A DNA stretch of 64,000 bases from Promethearchaeota archaeon (GCA_048938385.1 JBHLMG010000002.1:96001-160000), one strand, 5' to 3'. Counted from the first letter of the stretch, positions 29,932 to 39,572 are shown. Made by a program: numbers and translations. The notes: a model not told the origin generated them from the letters alone.

Positions 29932-31158
29932 TCATCCGAAGAACTTGGATAGTTCCGCTAATGTTAGATGTTGAGAGGTCCCCGAAGTTTCATCCTTGAT
30001 ATGCGTAACTCGGTCGGTACACGCCATACATGGATCAACAGATGCCACTGTGATTGGCACATCAGCCAATTCCTGTCCTCGGAGCATGAAGAGGAGGGCA
30101 TAATCATTCAAATACGAAGGTGTCCGAACACGGGCTCTTCCCGGATTTCTAGTCCCATTGGAAACGAGGTAGTAGAGGAGTTCACCTCTCGGTGCTTCTA
30201 CGCGTCCTACAGCTTCGCCTGGTGGAAATTCCTTTACTTCGGTCTTGATGGGTCCTCCAGTCTGTTTGAGTTTGTCTAAACAAAACTCAGAGATCTTCAC
30301 TGATTCGACAAGTTCGCCTAATCGAACTAACGCCATGGAAAAAATGTCGCCGTTCTCGGCTGTGATTACATCAAAAGGAGCTTCATCATAGGCCGCATAG
30401 GGATCATCTTTTCGAACATCGATTTTGATTCCCGCGGCTCGGGCAACGGGGCCAACTACACAAATCTTCTTGGCAATTTCTCTGTCAAGTGTTCCTATTC
30501 CCTTCGTGCGTGATTTGATTTCTAGGTCTTCTAGCACGGCTTTTGTCGCGGTAATTGTTGCTTGGTGTAATACCTTTAGCTTTTCTTCAATTTTCGGGAT
30601 CATATCTTTCGTAATGTCTCTTCGGACTCCCCCGATGGTATTCATAGCGTAATGTTGACGATTTCCTGAGATGGCTTCAAGCACATCCAGCACGTGTTCC
30701 CGATCTCGCCATATCAACATAAACAAAGTCTTGAATCCAATTAATTCCATACCAACTCCCGCCCACAATAGGTGGCTATGGATCCTTTCTAATTCGGCAA
30801 CGAGAGTTCGAATATAGCGGGCGCGATCAGGAATTTCTACCTCTCCAAGCATTTCTACGGTCCTTGTATACGCAGTCGTATGTGCGGCACTACAAATTCC
30901 ACAGACGCGTTCAAAGAGATAGAGGTTCTGCCAATAGCTTCGCTCCTCAGCGAGCTTCATAATCCCGCGATAGTTGTACCCTAACTTTATGTCCGCTTCT
31001 AATACTTTTTCACCTTCGACCTTCAACTTGAAATATTCTCCTTCGAGCAAGGCAGGATGAAATGGACCCAAAGGAATGATATATTCAGGAGCAGTGACTT
31101 CATTAATTTCCAGTGGAATCGTTATTTCTCTTGTAGCTAGTTTTTTCTTCTGTGACAT
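29932..31158 (-). CDS. group 4 [NiFe]-hydrogenase large subunit
   Basis: GPFHPALLE, L1 ERVCGIC, ELERIHSHLLW, EAPRGE, L2 DPCMACTDR plus C-terminal extension. Confidence 0.95.
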   Translation of the reverse strand: MSQKKKLATREITIPLEINEVTAPEYIIPLGPFHPALLEGEYFKLKVEGEKVLEADIKLGYNYRGIMKLAEERSYWQNLYLFERVCGICSAAHTTAYTRTVEMLGEVEIPDRARYIRTLVAELERIHSHLLWAGVGMELIGFKTLFMLIWRDREHVLDVLEAISGNRQHYAMNTIGGVRRDITKDMIPKIEEKLKVLHQATITATKAVLEDLEIKSRTKGIGTLDREIAKKICVVGPVARAAGIKIDVRKDDPYAAYDEAPFDVITAENGDIFSMALVRLGELVESVKISEFCLDKLKQTGGPIKTEVKEFPPGEAVGRVEAPRGELLYYLVSNGTRNPGRARVRTPSYLNDYALLFMLRGQELADVPITVASVDPCMACTDRVTHIKDETSGTSQHLTLAELSKFFG

Positions 31159-31587
31159 TTATCCCACTTCCTCCGAAGGCCAAGCATAGGGGAGAAAGAG
31201 TTTCCGAGGATCAGGATGGCCTTCGAAGTCAATTCCCATAAGGTCCATTAGTTCCCTTTCAGCCCAGTTGGCGGACCAAGCCACCTTGGTAACTGATTCA
31301 ATGACAGGGGTTTTTCTTGGAAGTCTTACTTTCACAGATAACATGAGGCCGCGCTCTTGGTGTGAGAAATCGAAGTGATAAACGAGGTCAAATCCTTGGA
31401 TTCCTTCATCTGTTGCTGATATTGCTACAAGTTTTCCATTCTCTGCGATTAGAAGCTCGGTGATTTCTCTTATTCGGGTTGAGTTAGACCGCAGATAGTG
31501 TCTGTTATACTTGTCATGGCGCTCCTCAACGAAATCGGTTTTAAGGAGTTTCTTTAATCTTCGATTGAGTTCTTCTATTCGACCCAT
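31159..31587 (-). CDS. NuoC/EchD-like hydrogenase subunit
   Basis: LVYHFD, ANWAERELMDLMGIDFEGHPDPRKLFLP. Confidence 0.92.
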   Translation of the reverse strand: MGRIEELNRRLKKLLKTDFVEERHDKYNRHYLRSNSTRIREITELLIAENGKLVAISATDEGIQGFDLVYHFDFSHQERGLMLSVKVRLPRKTPVIESVTKVAWSANWAERELMDLMGIDFEGHPDPRKLFLPYAWPSEEVG

Positions 31588-32463
31588 CTAATTACCTCCA
31601 GGTCGGATTTTCGCTATGAGTGTATCTGTTTTAATCCGATGTCTATCAAATCCGATGTCTTCTGGTTTGAAACCGAAACTTAGCGCCATCAGTTCCATTA
31701 GATTCAGCATAGGAATGTCGAATCGGACTCCTTTGCGTCTCAGGAGTAACTGAGCGTTCTCTAGAACATCGTAGCACCCTGGGCAAGCCGTGACAATACA
31801 ATCCACCTTAGCCGCTTGCATTTTCTCTAACTTGAACCTCGATCGTTCTTCAGTGGCTTTATCAAGTGAATATAACGATAGTGGGAAACCGCAACAGATT
31901 TTTTCAGCACCATACTCTGCAACCTTGACTCCGAGAGCCTTCAAGATATTGTCAAAGTAAGAAACAAATTTTTCATTTGGGCTTTTGTACAACTTACAAC
32001 CATACTGTACAGCTACTGTCAACTCTGTGAAGCGCTCTTTAACAGCCGCTTGTAATGCTTGTAACCCGACTTCCTCAATGATGACTTCTAGAAAATGCTT
32101 GACCTCTGATTTCCCTGTATATTCCCGATCAAGGAGCTTCAGTTTTGAATTGACTTCAGCTAGTTTCTCATTATCTTTCAGCAAGACTTCGCGAGTCTCG
32201 TGGAGGGTTTCCCAGCACCCATTACAAACAACCATGATGTCATTGCCCAAGGCTTCAGCAAGGGCAAGGTTTCGAGCAGACACATAGAGCCAGGCATCAT
32301 GATCGGCTAGGCGAACGATTTCTGGCACTGGACAGCAGGTAGCTCCTTCCATCTCCATAAACTTTAATTTTAGCGAGGGAGCGATTTTTCGAAGTGACGC
32401 TTCAGCAAAGGGTTGGAGGGCAGGTATGTAACATCCAAGGAACAACGCATAAGTTTTAGTCAT
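31588..32463 (-). CDS. hdrB: heterodisulfide reductase subunit B (two CCG domains)
   Basis: FLGC, TCCP, ARNLALAE, CNGC, YGC, ICCG, TACPGC. Confidence 0.9.
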   Translation of the reverse strand: MTKTYALFLGCYIPALQPFAEASLRKIAPSLKLKFMEMEGATCCPVPEIVRLADHDAWLYVSARNLALAEALGNDIMVVCNGCWETLHETREVLLKDNEKLAEVNSKLKLLDREYTGKSEVKHFLEVIIEEVGLQALQAAVKERFTELTVAVQYGCKLYKSPNEKFVSYFDNILKALGVKVAEYGAEKICCGFPLSLYSLDKATEERSRFKLEKMQAAKVDCIVTACPGCYDVLENAQLLLRRKGVRFDIPMLNLMELMALSFGFKPEDIGFDRHRIKTDTLIAKIRPGGN

Positions 32464-32466
32464 ACC

Positions 32467-32751
32467 CTAGTCACCTCCAGGTTCTGATGGTTCTTCCCTC
32501 AGATTCCAAATAGCCTTCTCAAATAAGGCAGTTCGCTTTACAAGTTTTTGTAGCTCTTTTTGTGCGCTTTCAAGAGCATACGCTGTGGGTGGTTTTCGAT
32601 TCATTCCTAGGGTTTCTCGAAGTTTTTCACGAGTAGCAACAAGCTTTGGTATATGCCCAATTTGGATGATATTTACAATTGGGTTCTTAAACGCAGGGGG
32701 AAGAGTCTTTACCTTTTTTCTCCAGGGATATATATCCTCGTCTCTCATCAT
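32467..32751 (-). CDS. mini-HdrC-like protein (HdrC C-terminal helical part only, no Fe-S cysteines)
   Basis: GHIP...LRETLG...PPT...A..ELQKLVK resembles the HdrC C-terminus; no Cys; directly upstream of hdrB. Confidence 0.65.
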   Translation of the reverse strand: MMRDEDIYPWRKKVKTLPPAFKNPIVNIIQIGHIPKLVATREKLRETLGMNRKPPTAYALESAQKELQKLVKRTALFEKAIWNLREEPSEPGGD

Positions 32752-33221
32752 ATCGACTCCCTACGCTGCCTAGCATCTTCCCGCGACATCACCTGCAACG
32801 CACCTGTACTACAGTATTTGGCGCAACGAGGGTCCCCCTCACAGAAATTGCATTTTTCACTAATTCCCATGGCCTTGTTAAAAATAGGAATGGAAATTGG
32901 GCAAGCGTAATTGCATGATTTACACCCGATGCATCGAATGTTATCAATAGTAACGAATCCCCGTTCATCTTTGGTGATTGCCTTCGGATCAGTAGGACAA
33001 GCAGCAACACAAAAGGGGTGTTCACAATGTGCACAATAGGCGTTGATGAAGGCTATGGGTTCCGCCTCGTCGGGGTAAACACGGAGATAAGATTTCTCAA
33101 GATCTGCTTCTTCGAAATGATGAAAAGAACACACAATCATGCAGTAATAACAGCCAGAGCACTTCTTATTGTCAAACACTAGTACTTTCTGTTTCAGTAG
33201 TTCATCTGACATAAGATTCAT
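32748..33221 (-). CDS. 4x[4Fe-4S] electron-transfer protein (HycB/CooF/DmsB-like)
   Basis: CSGCYYCMIVC, CAHCEHPFCVAACP, CIGCKSCNYACP, KCNFCEGDPRCAKYC. Confidence 0.92.
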   Translation of the reverse strand: MNLMSDELLKQKVLVFDNKKCSGCYYCMIVCSFHHFEEADLEKSYLRVYPDEAEPIAFINAYCAHCEHPFCVAACPTDPKAITKDERGFVTIDNIRCIGCKSCNYACPISIPIFNKAMGISEKCNFCEGDPRCAKYCSTGALQVMSREDARQRRESI

Positions 33222-33285
33222 TCCACTGGAAAGACGCTATAGCCGATTACTACGGTGTGAACTGCCTATAAATGTAAATATCGTT

Positions 33286-34575
33286 TTAGAGGGGGCGAAC
33301 AGGGCGTAGATAATGTACGGAACAGGAGATGCAGGGATCATAGGCGCGAATCAACATGTTGAGCCGCAGTTCTGCCTCTTCCTTTGATAACTCAGAGAGT
33401 TCGGGAACGAGAGCATATACATCTGCTTCAATGTTTGCATAGTTCATCGCAGTTGGCGTGATCACATCAGCGGCTTGTACTTTTCCTTGGGCGTTAAAGG
33501 AATAGCTATGAATTAAAACGCCTCGAGGGGCCTCTACTGCAGCCGCACCTGTTCGAGCACGAATTTTGTATTCCACAACATGTGGCTGTAACTTGTGACT
33601 TCGAAGTTTGTCGATTATTTCAATGGCATGATCAACATAATGAAGGTACTCAATTGCCTGTCCTAGATTCATATGGAAGCTATCATAGCTTGGTAATTTC
33701 AAACCGATTTTTTTCACCATATCCTTTGCGTTATCCGATAATTGTTTTTTTGCGACATTCAAGCGTGCGAGGGCTCCAACGACAAAGGGGTTTCCTTGAA
33801 TCTCACTGAATTTTGCATGCCCATAGGGTACATTACGTTCGATAATCAGATTTTGGTACTCTTTATCAGGAACCTGTAAACCTAGGTCGGTTGTTAATTC
33901 TCCATTATAGATCGGGTACTCCCTGGCATGTTTAACTGCTAGGTATTGGCTTTTTCGGACTAATTTAGGTTCAGAAAATGTACTCATTAACTGGATTTGA
34001 GCTTTCGCCTCTGGAATTGCATCGTGGAGGCGTTTTCGGATCGCGTGTAGCTGGGAACTAGTAGGGACATGAGTAAACCCACCCACCACTGCACATAACG
34101 GATGAGTATGTCGTCCACCAATGAGTTCCATAAGATCGTTACCGAGTTTCTTCAGTTGGAGAGCGCGTTTTACTTCGTTGGGGTATTTGGGTAACATTTC
34201 TACGACATTTTGCGCCTGCAAATAGTCAGGAAGGGCAAGAAAGTTGATGTGAAGCGCGTGGCTTTCGAGCATGTCACCAATCAACATGAGTTTCCGAAGA
34301 GCAATCGTTTCTTCTGAGGGCTGAACCTCTAGTGCCGCTTCAACTCCCCGAATCGCTGCGATGGCATGGGAATGGCTGCAGATGCCACAAATTCTTGACA
34401 TGATGTGGGACACTTCATTGTATGCTTGTCCCTTGAGGAACGATTCAAAAAGGCGCGTGCCCTCTGTTACTTGCATTTCTACGCGAGATCTCCCTTTGTC
34501 AGTGACTTCCACGAGGAGATTGCCGTGCCCTTCAACCCGTGCCAAATGATGAATGTCAAAGGTTACTTTAGCCAT
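33286..34575 (-). CDS. hydA: group 3b [NiFe]-hydrogenase (sulfhydrogenase) alpha/large subunit
   Basis: ARVEGHG, SRICGICSHSH, EAPRG, RAYDPCISCSVH. Confidence 0.95.
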   Translation of the reverse strand: MAKVTFDIHHLARVEGHGNLLVEVTDKGRSRVEMQVTEGTRLFESFLKGQAYNEVSHIMSRICGICSHSHAIAAIRGVEAALEVQPSEETIALRKLMLIGDMLESHALHINFLALPDYLQAQNVVEMLPKYPNEVKRALQLKKLGNDLMELIGGRHTHPLCAVVGGFTHVPTSSQLHAIRKRLHDAIPEAKAQIQLMSTFSEPKLVRKSQYLAVKHAREYPIYNGELTTDLGLQVPDKEYQNLIIERNVPYGHAKFSEIQGNPFVVGALARLNVAKKQLSDNAKDMVKKIGLKLPSYDSFHMNLGQAIEYLHYVDHAIEIIDKLRSHKLQPHVVEYKIRARTGAAAVEAPRGVLIHSYSFNAQGKVQAADVITPTAMNYANIEADVYALVPELSELSKEEAELRLNMLIRAYDPCISCSVHYLRPVRPL

Positions 34576-35357
34576 TCGATACTCAGCCTCTTGCGTAACT
34601 CATTTACAAAGTCCTCAGATCCAGCATTGAACATTCGGAATTTTCTAACCACCGTATCGAAGCTCGCTCCTTTTACTGAAAACATGTCAATTTCAGAATC
34701 CACATTAGCTTGAGGAACTGGACCCCAACACCCTTCACAAGGAAAGTCAACACTGGGGCACAATGCCCCACAACCTGCTCGCGTGATTGGACCAAGACAC
34801 AATTCTCCCTCTTTCAACAAGCACTCATTCTCTTTTAATCGACATTCTACACAAACAGGGTAGTTTTTCTCCCGTGGAGTTGACCCAGAAAGAAAAGCGG
34901 TGATAGCCTCCAAAAATTCAGTCCCGTTAATTGGGCAACCTTGAAGCTCGAAATCAACTTCAACATATTTTTTCAAAGGCAAGATTTCTGGGAGTGTCTT
35001 CACATGAGATGCATCGCCATATACTGATTGTTTTAATTCTTCAACATTCAAGCCATTGCGCATGGCATTTACTCCACCAGTGGTTGCACAGGCTCCCATG
35101 GCGATGAGGATCTTGGATTTCTCCCTCAACTCTTTCAGCTTTGCAAGTTCCGCTTCGTTAGTCACTGATCCTTCAATAAAACATATGTCATAGGGGCCAT
35201 CATGTGTTGCCGAACTCCCCATTCGGAACTGAACTAATTCTATTGCTCCAAGAATATCAAGTAAATGATCTTCTTGATTGATGATTTCTAATTGACACCC
35301 TGCACAACAGGTGAGACCAAACAGAGCCACAACAGGTTTAGCAGCAGGTTCTGACAC
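34563..35357 (-). CDS. hydD: group 3b hydrogenase delta/small subunit
   Basis: LTCCAGCQL, EGSV, GACATTGG, GCP, VCVEC, CLGPITRAGCGALCP, PCEGCWG. Confidence 0.93.
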   Translation of the reverse strand: MSEPAAKPVVALFGLTCCAGCQLEIINQEDHLLDILGAIELVQFRMGSSATHDGPYDICFIEGSVTNEAELAKLKELREKSKILIAMGACATTGGVNAMRNGLNVEELKQSVYGDASHVKTLPEILPLKKYVEVDFELQGCPINGTEFLEAITAFLSGSTPREKNYPVCVECRLKENECLLKEGELCLGPITRAGCGALCPSVDFPCEGCWGPVPQANVDSEIDMFSVKGASFDTVVRKFRMFNAGSEDFVNELRKRLSIEWLK

Positions 35358-35377
35358 TATTTATCGCTCTCCTACTC

Positions 35378-36235
35378 CTACACTGCACCTCGAAGCCCTT
35401 TTGCCTCAGCATAACTAAACACAGGACCATCCTGGCAAACAAACTTTGATCCTACAAGGCAATGACTACATTGCCCTACACCGCATTTCATGCGGCGTTC
35501 TAGTGAGAGAAATATTCTGTCATCAGGAAACCCGAAATTGTGTAAATCGCGAATCACGAAACGGTACATAATTGGTGGTCCACATACGAGGGCATAGGTA
35601 TCTTTAGGTTCTACCTTGATTCGGTCAAACAGAGCTGTGACCACGCCAATATTCCCCGCCCAACAGTGGTCGTCATCACGATCAACAGTAGCTACATATT
35701 CCACATCATTTCGGTTCGCCCAAAGATAGAGCTCATCCTTGAAGAGCAGTTCCTCGGGACAGCGTGCACCGTACAGGATTTGGAATTTCTCATACTGGTC
35801 ACGATTCTCTAAAATTTCCAAGATAACCGGACGAATGGGAACAAGTCCCATTCCTCCAGCAACTATCATGACATTCTTTCCTCTCAAGGATTGCATAGGC
35901 CAACCACGACCATACGGACCGCGCAAAGCTACTCGGCTTCCCACAGGAAGTTTTGCTAAAGCATTAGTTAACAGTCCTACTCCTCGAATGGTTAGTTGAA
36001 TGCTTTCGGTATGATTAGGAGATGAGCTCAATCCAAAGGGCGCTTCTCCAAAACCAAAAACTGATAGCAACATAAACTGACCTGGCTGAAATTGGAAATC
36101 TTGTTGTTGTTGCTTATTCAGATACCCAAAAGTGTACAAGTTCGTGTCTGGGGTTTGAGGCTCAATTTGCAGTAGTTCTGCAAGGTTATAATGGTAAGGA
36201 TTTTGTGCTGTGTCTACAGCGTTGGAAATAGGCAT
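35378..36235 (-). CDS. hydG: group 3b hydrogenase gamma subunit (FAD/NAD(P)-binding, [2Fe-2S])
   Basis: FQPGQF, GEAPF, RGPYGRG, AGGMG, CGPPIM, ERRMKCGVGQCSHC...VCQDGPVF. Confidence 0.93.
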   Translation of the reverse strand: MPISNAVDTAQNPYHYNLAELLQIEPQTPDTNLYTFGYLNKQQQQDFQFQPGQFMLLSVFGFGEAPFGLSSSPNHTESIQLTIRGVGLLTNALAKLPVGSRVALRGPYGRGWPMQSLRGKNVMIVAGGMGLVPIRPVILEILENRDQYEKFQILYGARCPEELLFKDELYLWANRNDVEYVATVDRDDDHCWAGNIGVVTALFDRIKVEPKDTYALVCGPPIMYRFVIRDLHNFGFPDDRIFLSLERRMKCGVGQCSHCLVGSKFVCQDGPVFSYAEAKGLRGAV

Positions 36236-37342
36236 TTACTCCGTTCCTCCTTTTTCTAAATCCAATAGTAACTCGACCATGTCAATGTCTGCAGGGCAAG
36301 TTCGGGTACACCGTCCACAGCCCACACACCCAATTTGGTTAATTTGATCGGGCTCTATTCGGAATTTATGGTATAAGCGAAACCGGATACGCGATGCAAT
36401 TGTGGGTCGGAAGTTATGCCCACCAGCGACTAATGCGAAATCTACCAGCTGACATGAATCCCAAGTACGCACACGTGCACCATTAGCTAAGTCCAAATCA
36501 ACTTCATCATGAACATCAAAACAAAAACAAGTAGGACAGACCATCGTACAAGATCCGCATCCGAAACATCGCTTTCCGAGACGATTCCACAATTCAAATT
36601 CATAGCTAGCGTCTAATTGATCGGGGAGTGCATCGAAATCTTCAATGGGATTTTGAAATTTAGATAAACGCTCCGAAAGAAGGACCTTGACTTTTTTTTT
36701 GAGCTTAGGGCTAGCTACCGAGAATAACTCTTGGGCGTATTCAACGACTCTTTGCCCAACAGCTGTTTTGACATCAAACACATAATGGGAACCTGTATCA
36801 GTAATCATGATATCTGCGACTGCTTGGAAATTCCATGTTCCAGCCGAAAGACAAAACGAGTCTTCACAGGGGTTTAGGCAGTTGAGACCGATGATGATTC
36901 CCTCTAGCCGTCGACGATTTCTAAAGGGGTCTGGATAGATTTGAGTCAGGATCGCATCATGAAACTGGATAGCCGCTAAATCACAGGAATGAACACCAAA
37001 TACTAAAAATGACTTTCCATTCCAAAGGGCATCACTAGACGATTGGATTAAGGGATCATGGATTTCCAGTTGGGGACTGCGTGTAAAAGTCAGGGTGTTT
37101 TGTTTAGGGGGGAAGAAATATTTCTTTGGAGGAAGAATCGTTGTATCATAATCCAGTTTCAGTTGAGAAGCATCTGTGATTTTATCGAATTTAAACTGGG
37201 ATTTTTGTGCGACAGGTCCATAGACTTCGAGCACTTGGGTTAGTTTTTGAATAAAGCCAGGGAGATTCTGCTTCTTCAACACAAAGGCAACAGCTGGTTT
37301 TTTTTGTGGCAAAACATCACCCTTAACCCGATTTAGCACCAA
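36236..37342 (-). CDS. hydB: group 3b hydrogenase beta subunit (AsrA-like Fe-S protein)
   Basis: PPKKYFFPP, GVHSCD, CFGCGSCTMVCPTCFCF, WDSC, CVGCGRCTRTCP. Confidence 0.93.
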   Translation of the reverse strand: MVLNRVKGDVLPQKKPAVAFVLKKQNLPGFIQKLTQVLEVYGPVAQKSQFKFDKITDASQLKLDYDTTILPPKKYFFPPKQNTLTFTRSPQLEIHDPLIQSSSDALWNGKSFLVFGVHSCDLAAIQFHDAILTQIYPDPFRNRRRLEGIIIGLNCLNPCEDSFCLSAGTWNFQAVADIMITDTGSHYVFDVKTAVGQRVVEYAQELFSVASPKLKKKVKVLLSERLSKFQNPIEDFDALPDQLDASYEFELWNRLGKRCFGCGSCTMVCPTCFCFDVHDEVDLDLANGARVRTWDSCQLVDFALVAGGHNFRPTIASRIRFRLYHKFRIEPDQINQIGCVGCGRCTRTCPADIDMVELLLDLEKGGTE

Positions 37343-37581
37343 TTAGCAGGTCTAATCGGTACCGACACAAGGCGATTAAAATGTCTTTGTCTAGTTCAAT
37401 TTGTCAACTTATTATACATCAGAAATTACCACAGAAATTCTATCTAGTTCTTGAGGAACTCCTGTCTTTCAAGCCCAAGTAGTTAACAGGTAAGATAAAG
37501 AGCGATAGAAACATAATTAGGGGAATCCTATGTGTTTAGGGTGCAGTGGCATCCTCCTGATTCGATATCGAGGGATTAGAA

Positions 37582-39477
37582 ATGGAGGCAAACAGAACTT
37601 CGGGACCTGCTTCGAAGCCCCCCTCATCAGTCGCTGATCTTCTACATATTTCACCAGCTGCAGTGAGCTTCTTTTTTGAACTTGCAGCTGATCATACACC
37701 CTTCTCCCTTGAAGAAATTCAGACTAAATTTAGTCTCACAAAAAAAACATCCGATCAATACATTACGGAATTATTGGGGTCTGGATTAGTACGGCGAAAT
37801 CCAGATGGAACCTTCGAAGCGGTCGCACCTATTGAAGCAACCATGTTAATTCTTACGCGTATTCGAAATCTACTCCGTCAACTCCGTAAAGAGTTCCCCG
37901 AGCAGATGGCTATAGGCGTGCCAGTTGTCAGTCATACCCTGCGACAAAAATTTGATTCGTTACCATATCAACTCGAGACTTTGCGTTCATCCATTGATGG
38001 CTCGCTAGACAGAGCGTTTGAAGAATTTCGGAAGAAGACTGATTCGCTCGAAGGATCACAAACTTTTGACGCTTTCACAGATGGCCTTTATGCTAAGATC
38101 ATTGCTGAAGTCGATGAACGAATGATGGAGGCACGGAACCAACTCAATGAATTTGAATCCATTGAAAACTTCATTACCGTACTCAACAAACTCAAAAATG
38201 ATGTTTTCGATATCGTTAACATCTCCTTATCCGATATGCGAGAGCAAGCCTTCCGTCTTCATGAATTAGACGAATTCCGCGAAGATCTAACTGAACTTTG
38301 GAGTGTCACCCCCTCTATTGTCGAGGGCCATCTTTCTGACTTTGAACAGGAAATGAGTACCCTTGAAGCCTCATTGGGAGACCTCATGGAAACAAAATAT
38401 CGTCTAGGTGCGTTCAAAGGCGTTATTGAAAACTTTACTAAGGATCATATCATGACTTCAGTTAAGACCCTGAAACATAATTTTCAATTATCTCTCACTG
38501 AAACCATTCAAGATCATCTCCGTCAGACTCAAGATCGCTTCGAAGAGGCGTCTTCAGCGGCTCATCGTGAATTTGATAAGCTGCGGGAACAACTAGCCGG
38601 TTGGGTTCGCAACGCGTTAGATTTAGCCTTCAACGAAGTCATTGAACGCAACCAAAAAACAACATCTGATCTTGCGTCACATCTTGAAGCGCTAATGCAG
38701 TTTTTCCGTACCCGCTTCCTCGCTGGCCTTGATTCGTCAATAAAAGCCGTTAAACTTCAGGCACGCGAGGTTGATAAAAGCCTTAGCCAAGTTCCTATAA
38801 CCTTAGATGCTCTCCGAGAAAAAGAGGTTAATGCACAAATTGACAAGTTGATTGATCAAAGTGAAAAACAACTGAGTGCTATCACTCATGACTTACCGAA
38901 AGCTTTCACGCAATGGCGAAATGATTATCTCACCACCGTGGATTCCCATGTCTCCTCGCTGTTAGAGGAAGCCGAAGGAAATGTAACTTTAGCTACTCAA
39001 AGCGTAAACCAATTTTGGCGACGCAGTAAAGAATCTGAGCCCACAACCTTTGACTTGTATCAATTCATCATTGGAGAACGAGAATTCAAATCTTATGTGA
39101 CTCATCTCATAGCTAAGGCACGCAGTCACCTATTGCTGCTCTTGCCCCGTATGACTACTGCAACACGAGTGACGCAGAAGCTGTTGAAGATGATTCCCGG
39201 GGATGTTCGAGTTCGTATTATACTGGCTGATCCTCCTGGTACAAAACCCGTGCAAAGTTTCCAAAAGGTTGTAGAAAAAAATCCGAATTTCCAAATCCGC
39301 TATGATCCTAGGGGAGATATTTGGGGAGTAATTCGTGACTTCGAAGAAATTATTCTTGGAAACACTGCCAGGGGCACAGCGAATGTTGTTGGTATAGCAT
39401 CAAGTCATGAAGATCATGTGGAACTCTTTCGAGCTGTGATGGAAAATCGGTGGCTTCATGCCCGTGGGTATCCCTGA
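37582..39477 (+). CDS. TrmB-like regulator with a very long helical/coiled-coil insertion
   Basis: N-terminal wHTH ending FEAVAP, about 400 aa of helical sequence, C-terminal TrmB/PLD-like domain (IIGERE...ARSHLLLLLP...IRDFEEIILG). Confidence 0.7.
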   Translation: MEANRTSGPASKPPSSVADLLHISPAAVSFFFELAADHTPFSLEEIQTKFSLTKKTSDQYITELLGSGLVRRNPDGTFEAVAPIEATMLILTRIRNLLRQLRKEFPEQMAIGVPVVSHTLRQKFDSLPYQLETLRSSIDGSLDRAFEEFRKKTDSLEGSQTFDAFTDGLYAKIIAEVDERMMEARNQLNEFESIENFITVLNKLKNDVFDIVNISLSDMREQAFRLHELDEFREDLTELWSVTPSIVEGHLSDFEQEMSTLEASLGDLMETKYRLGAFKGVIENFTKDHIMTSVKTLKHNFQLSLTETIQDHLRQTQDRFEEASSAAHREFDKLREQLAGWVRNALDLAFNEVIERNQKTTSDLASHLEALMQFFRTRFLAGLDSSIKAVKLQAREVDKSLSQVPITLDALREKEVNAQIDKLIDQSEKQLSAITHDLPKAFTQWRNDYLTTVDSHVSSLLEEAEGNVTLATQSVNQFWRRSKESEPTTFDLYQFIIGEREFKSYVTHLIAKARSHLLLLLPRMTTATRVTQKLLKMIPGDVRVRIILADPPGTKPVQSFQKVVEKNPNFQIRYDPRGDIWGVIRDFEEIILGNTARGTANVVGIASSHEDHVELFRAVMENRWLHARGYP

Positions 39478-39572
39478 GGATGTGATGGCGTATCCGACGC
39501 GCTTTTAACGAACAGACAATGAGTGTTGACTCGTTCAGATTGAAAGGTATCGTATACTAGGAGGCAACGGCA

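Noticed and set aside
29932-31158. Complex I NuoD or Fpo-like subunit without a NiFe site
   Set aside because: Both CxxC Ni-binding motifs and the maturation tail are present
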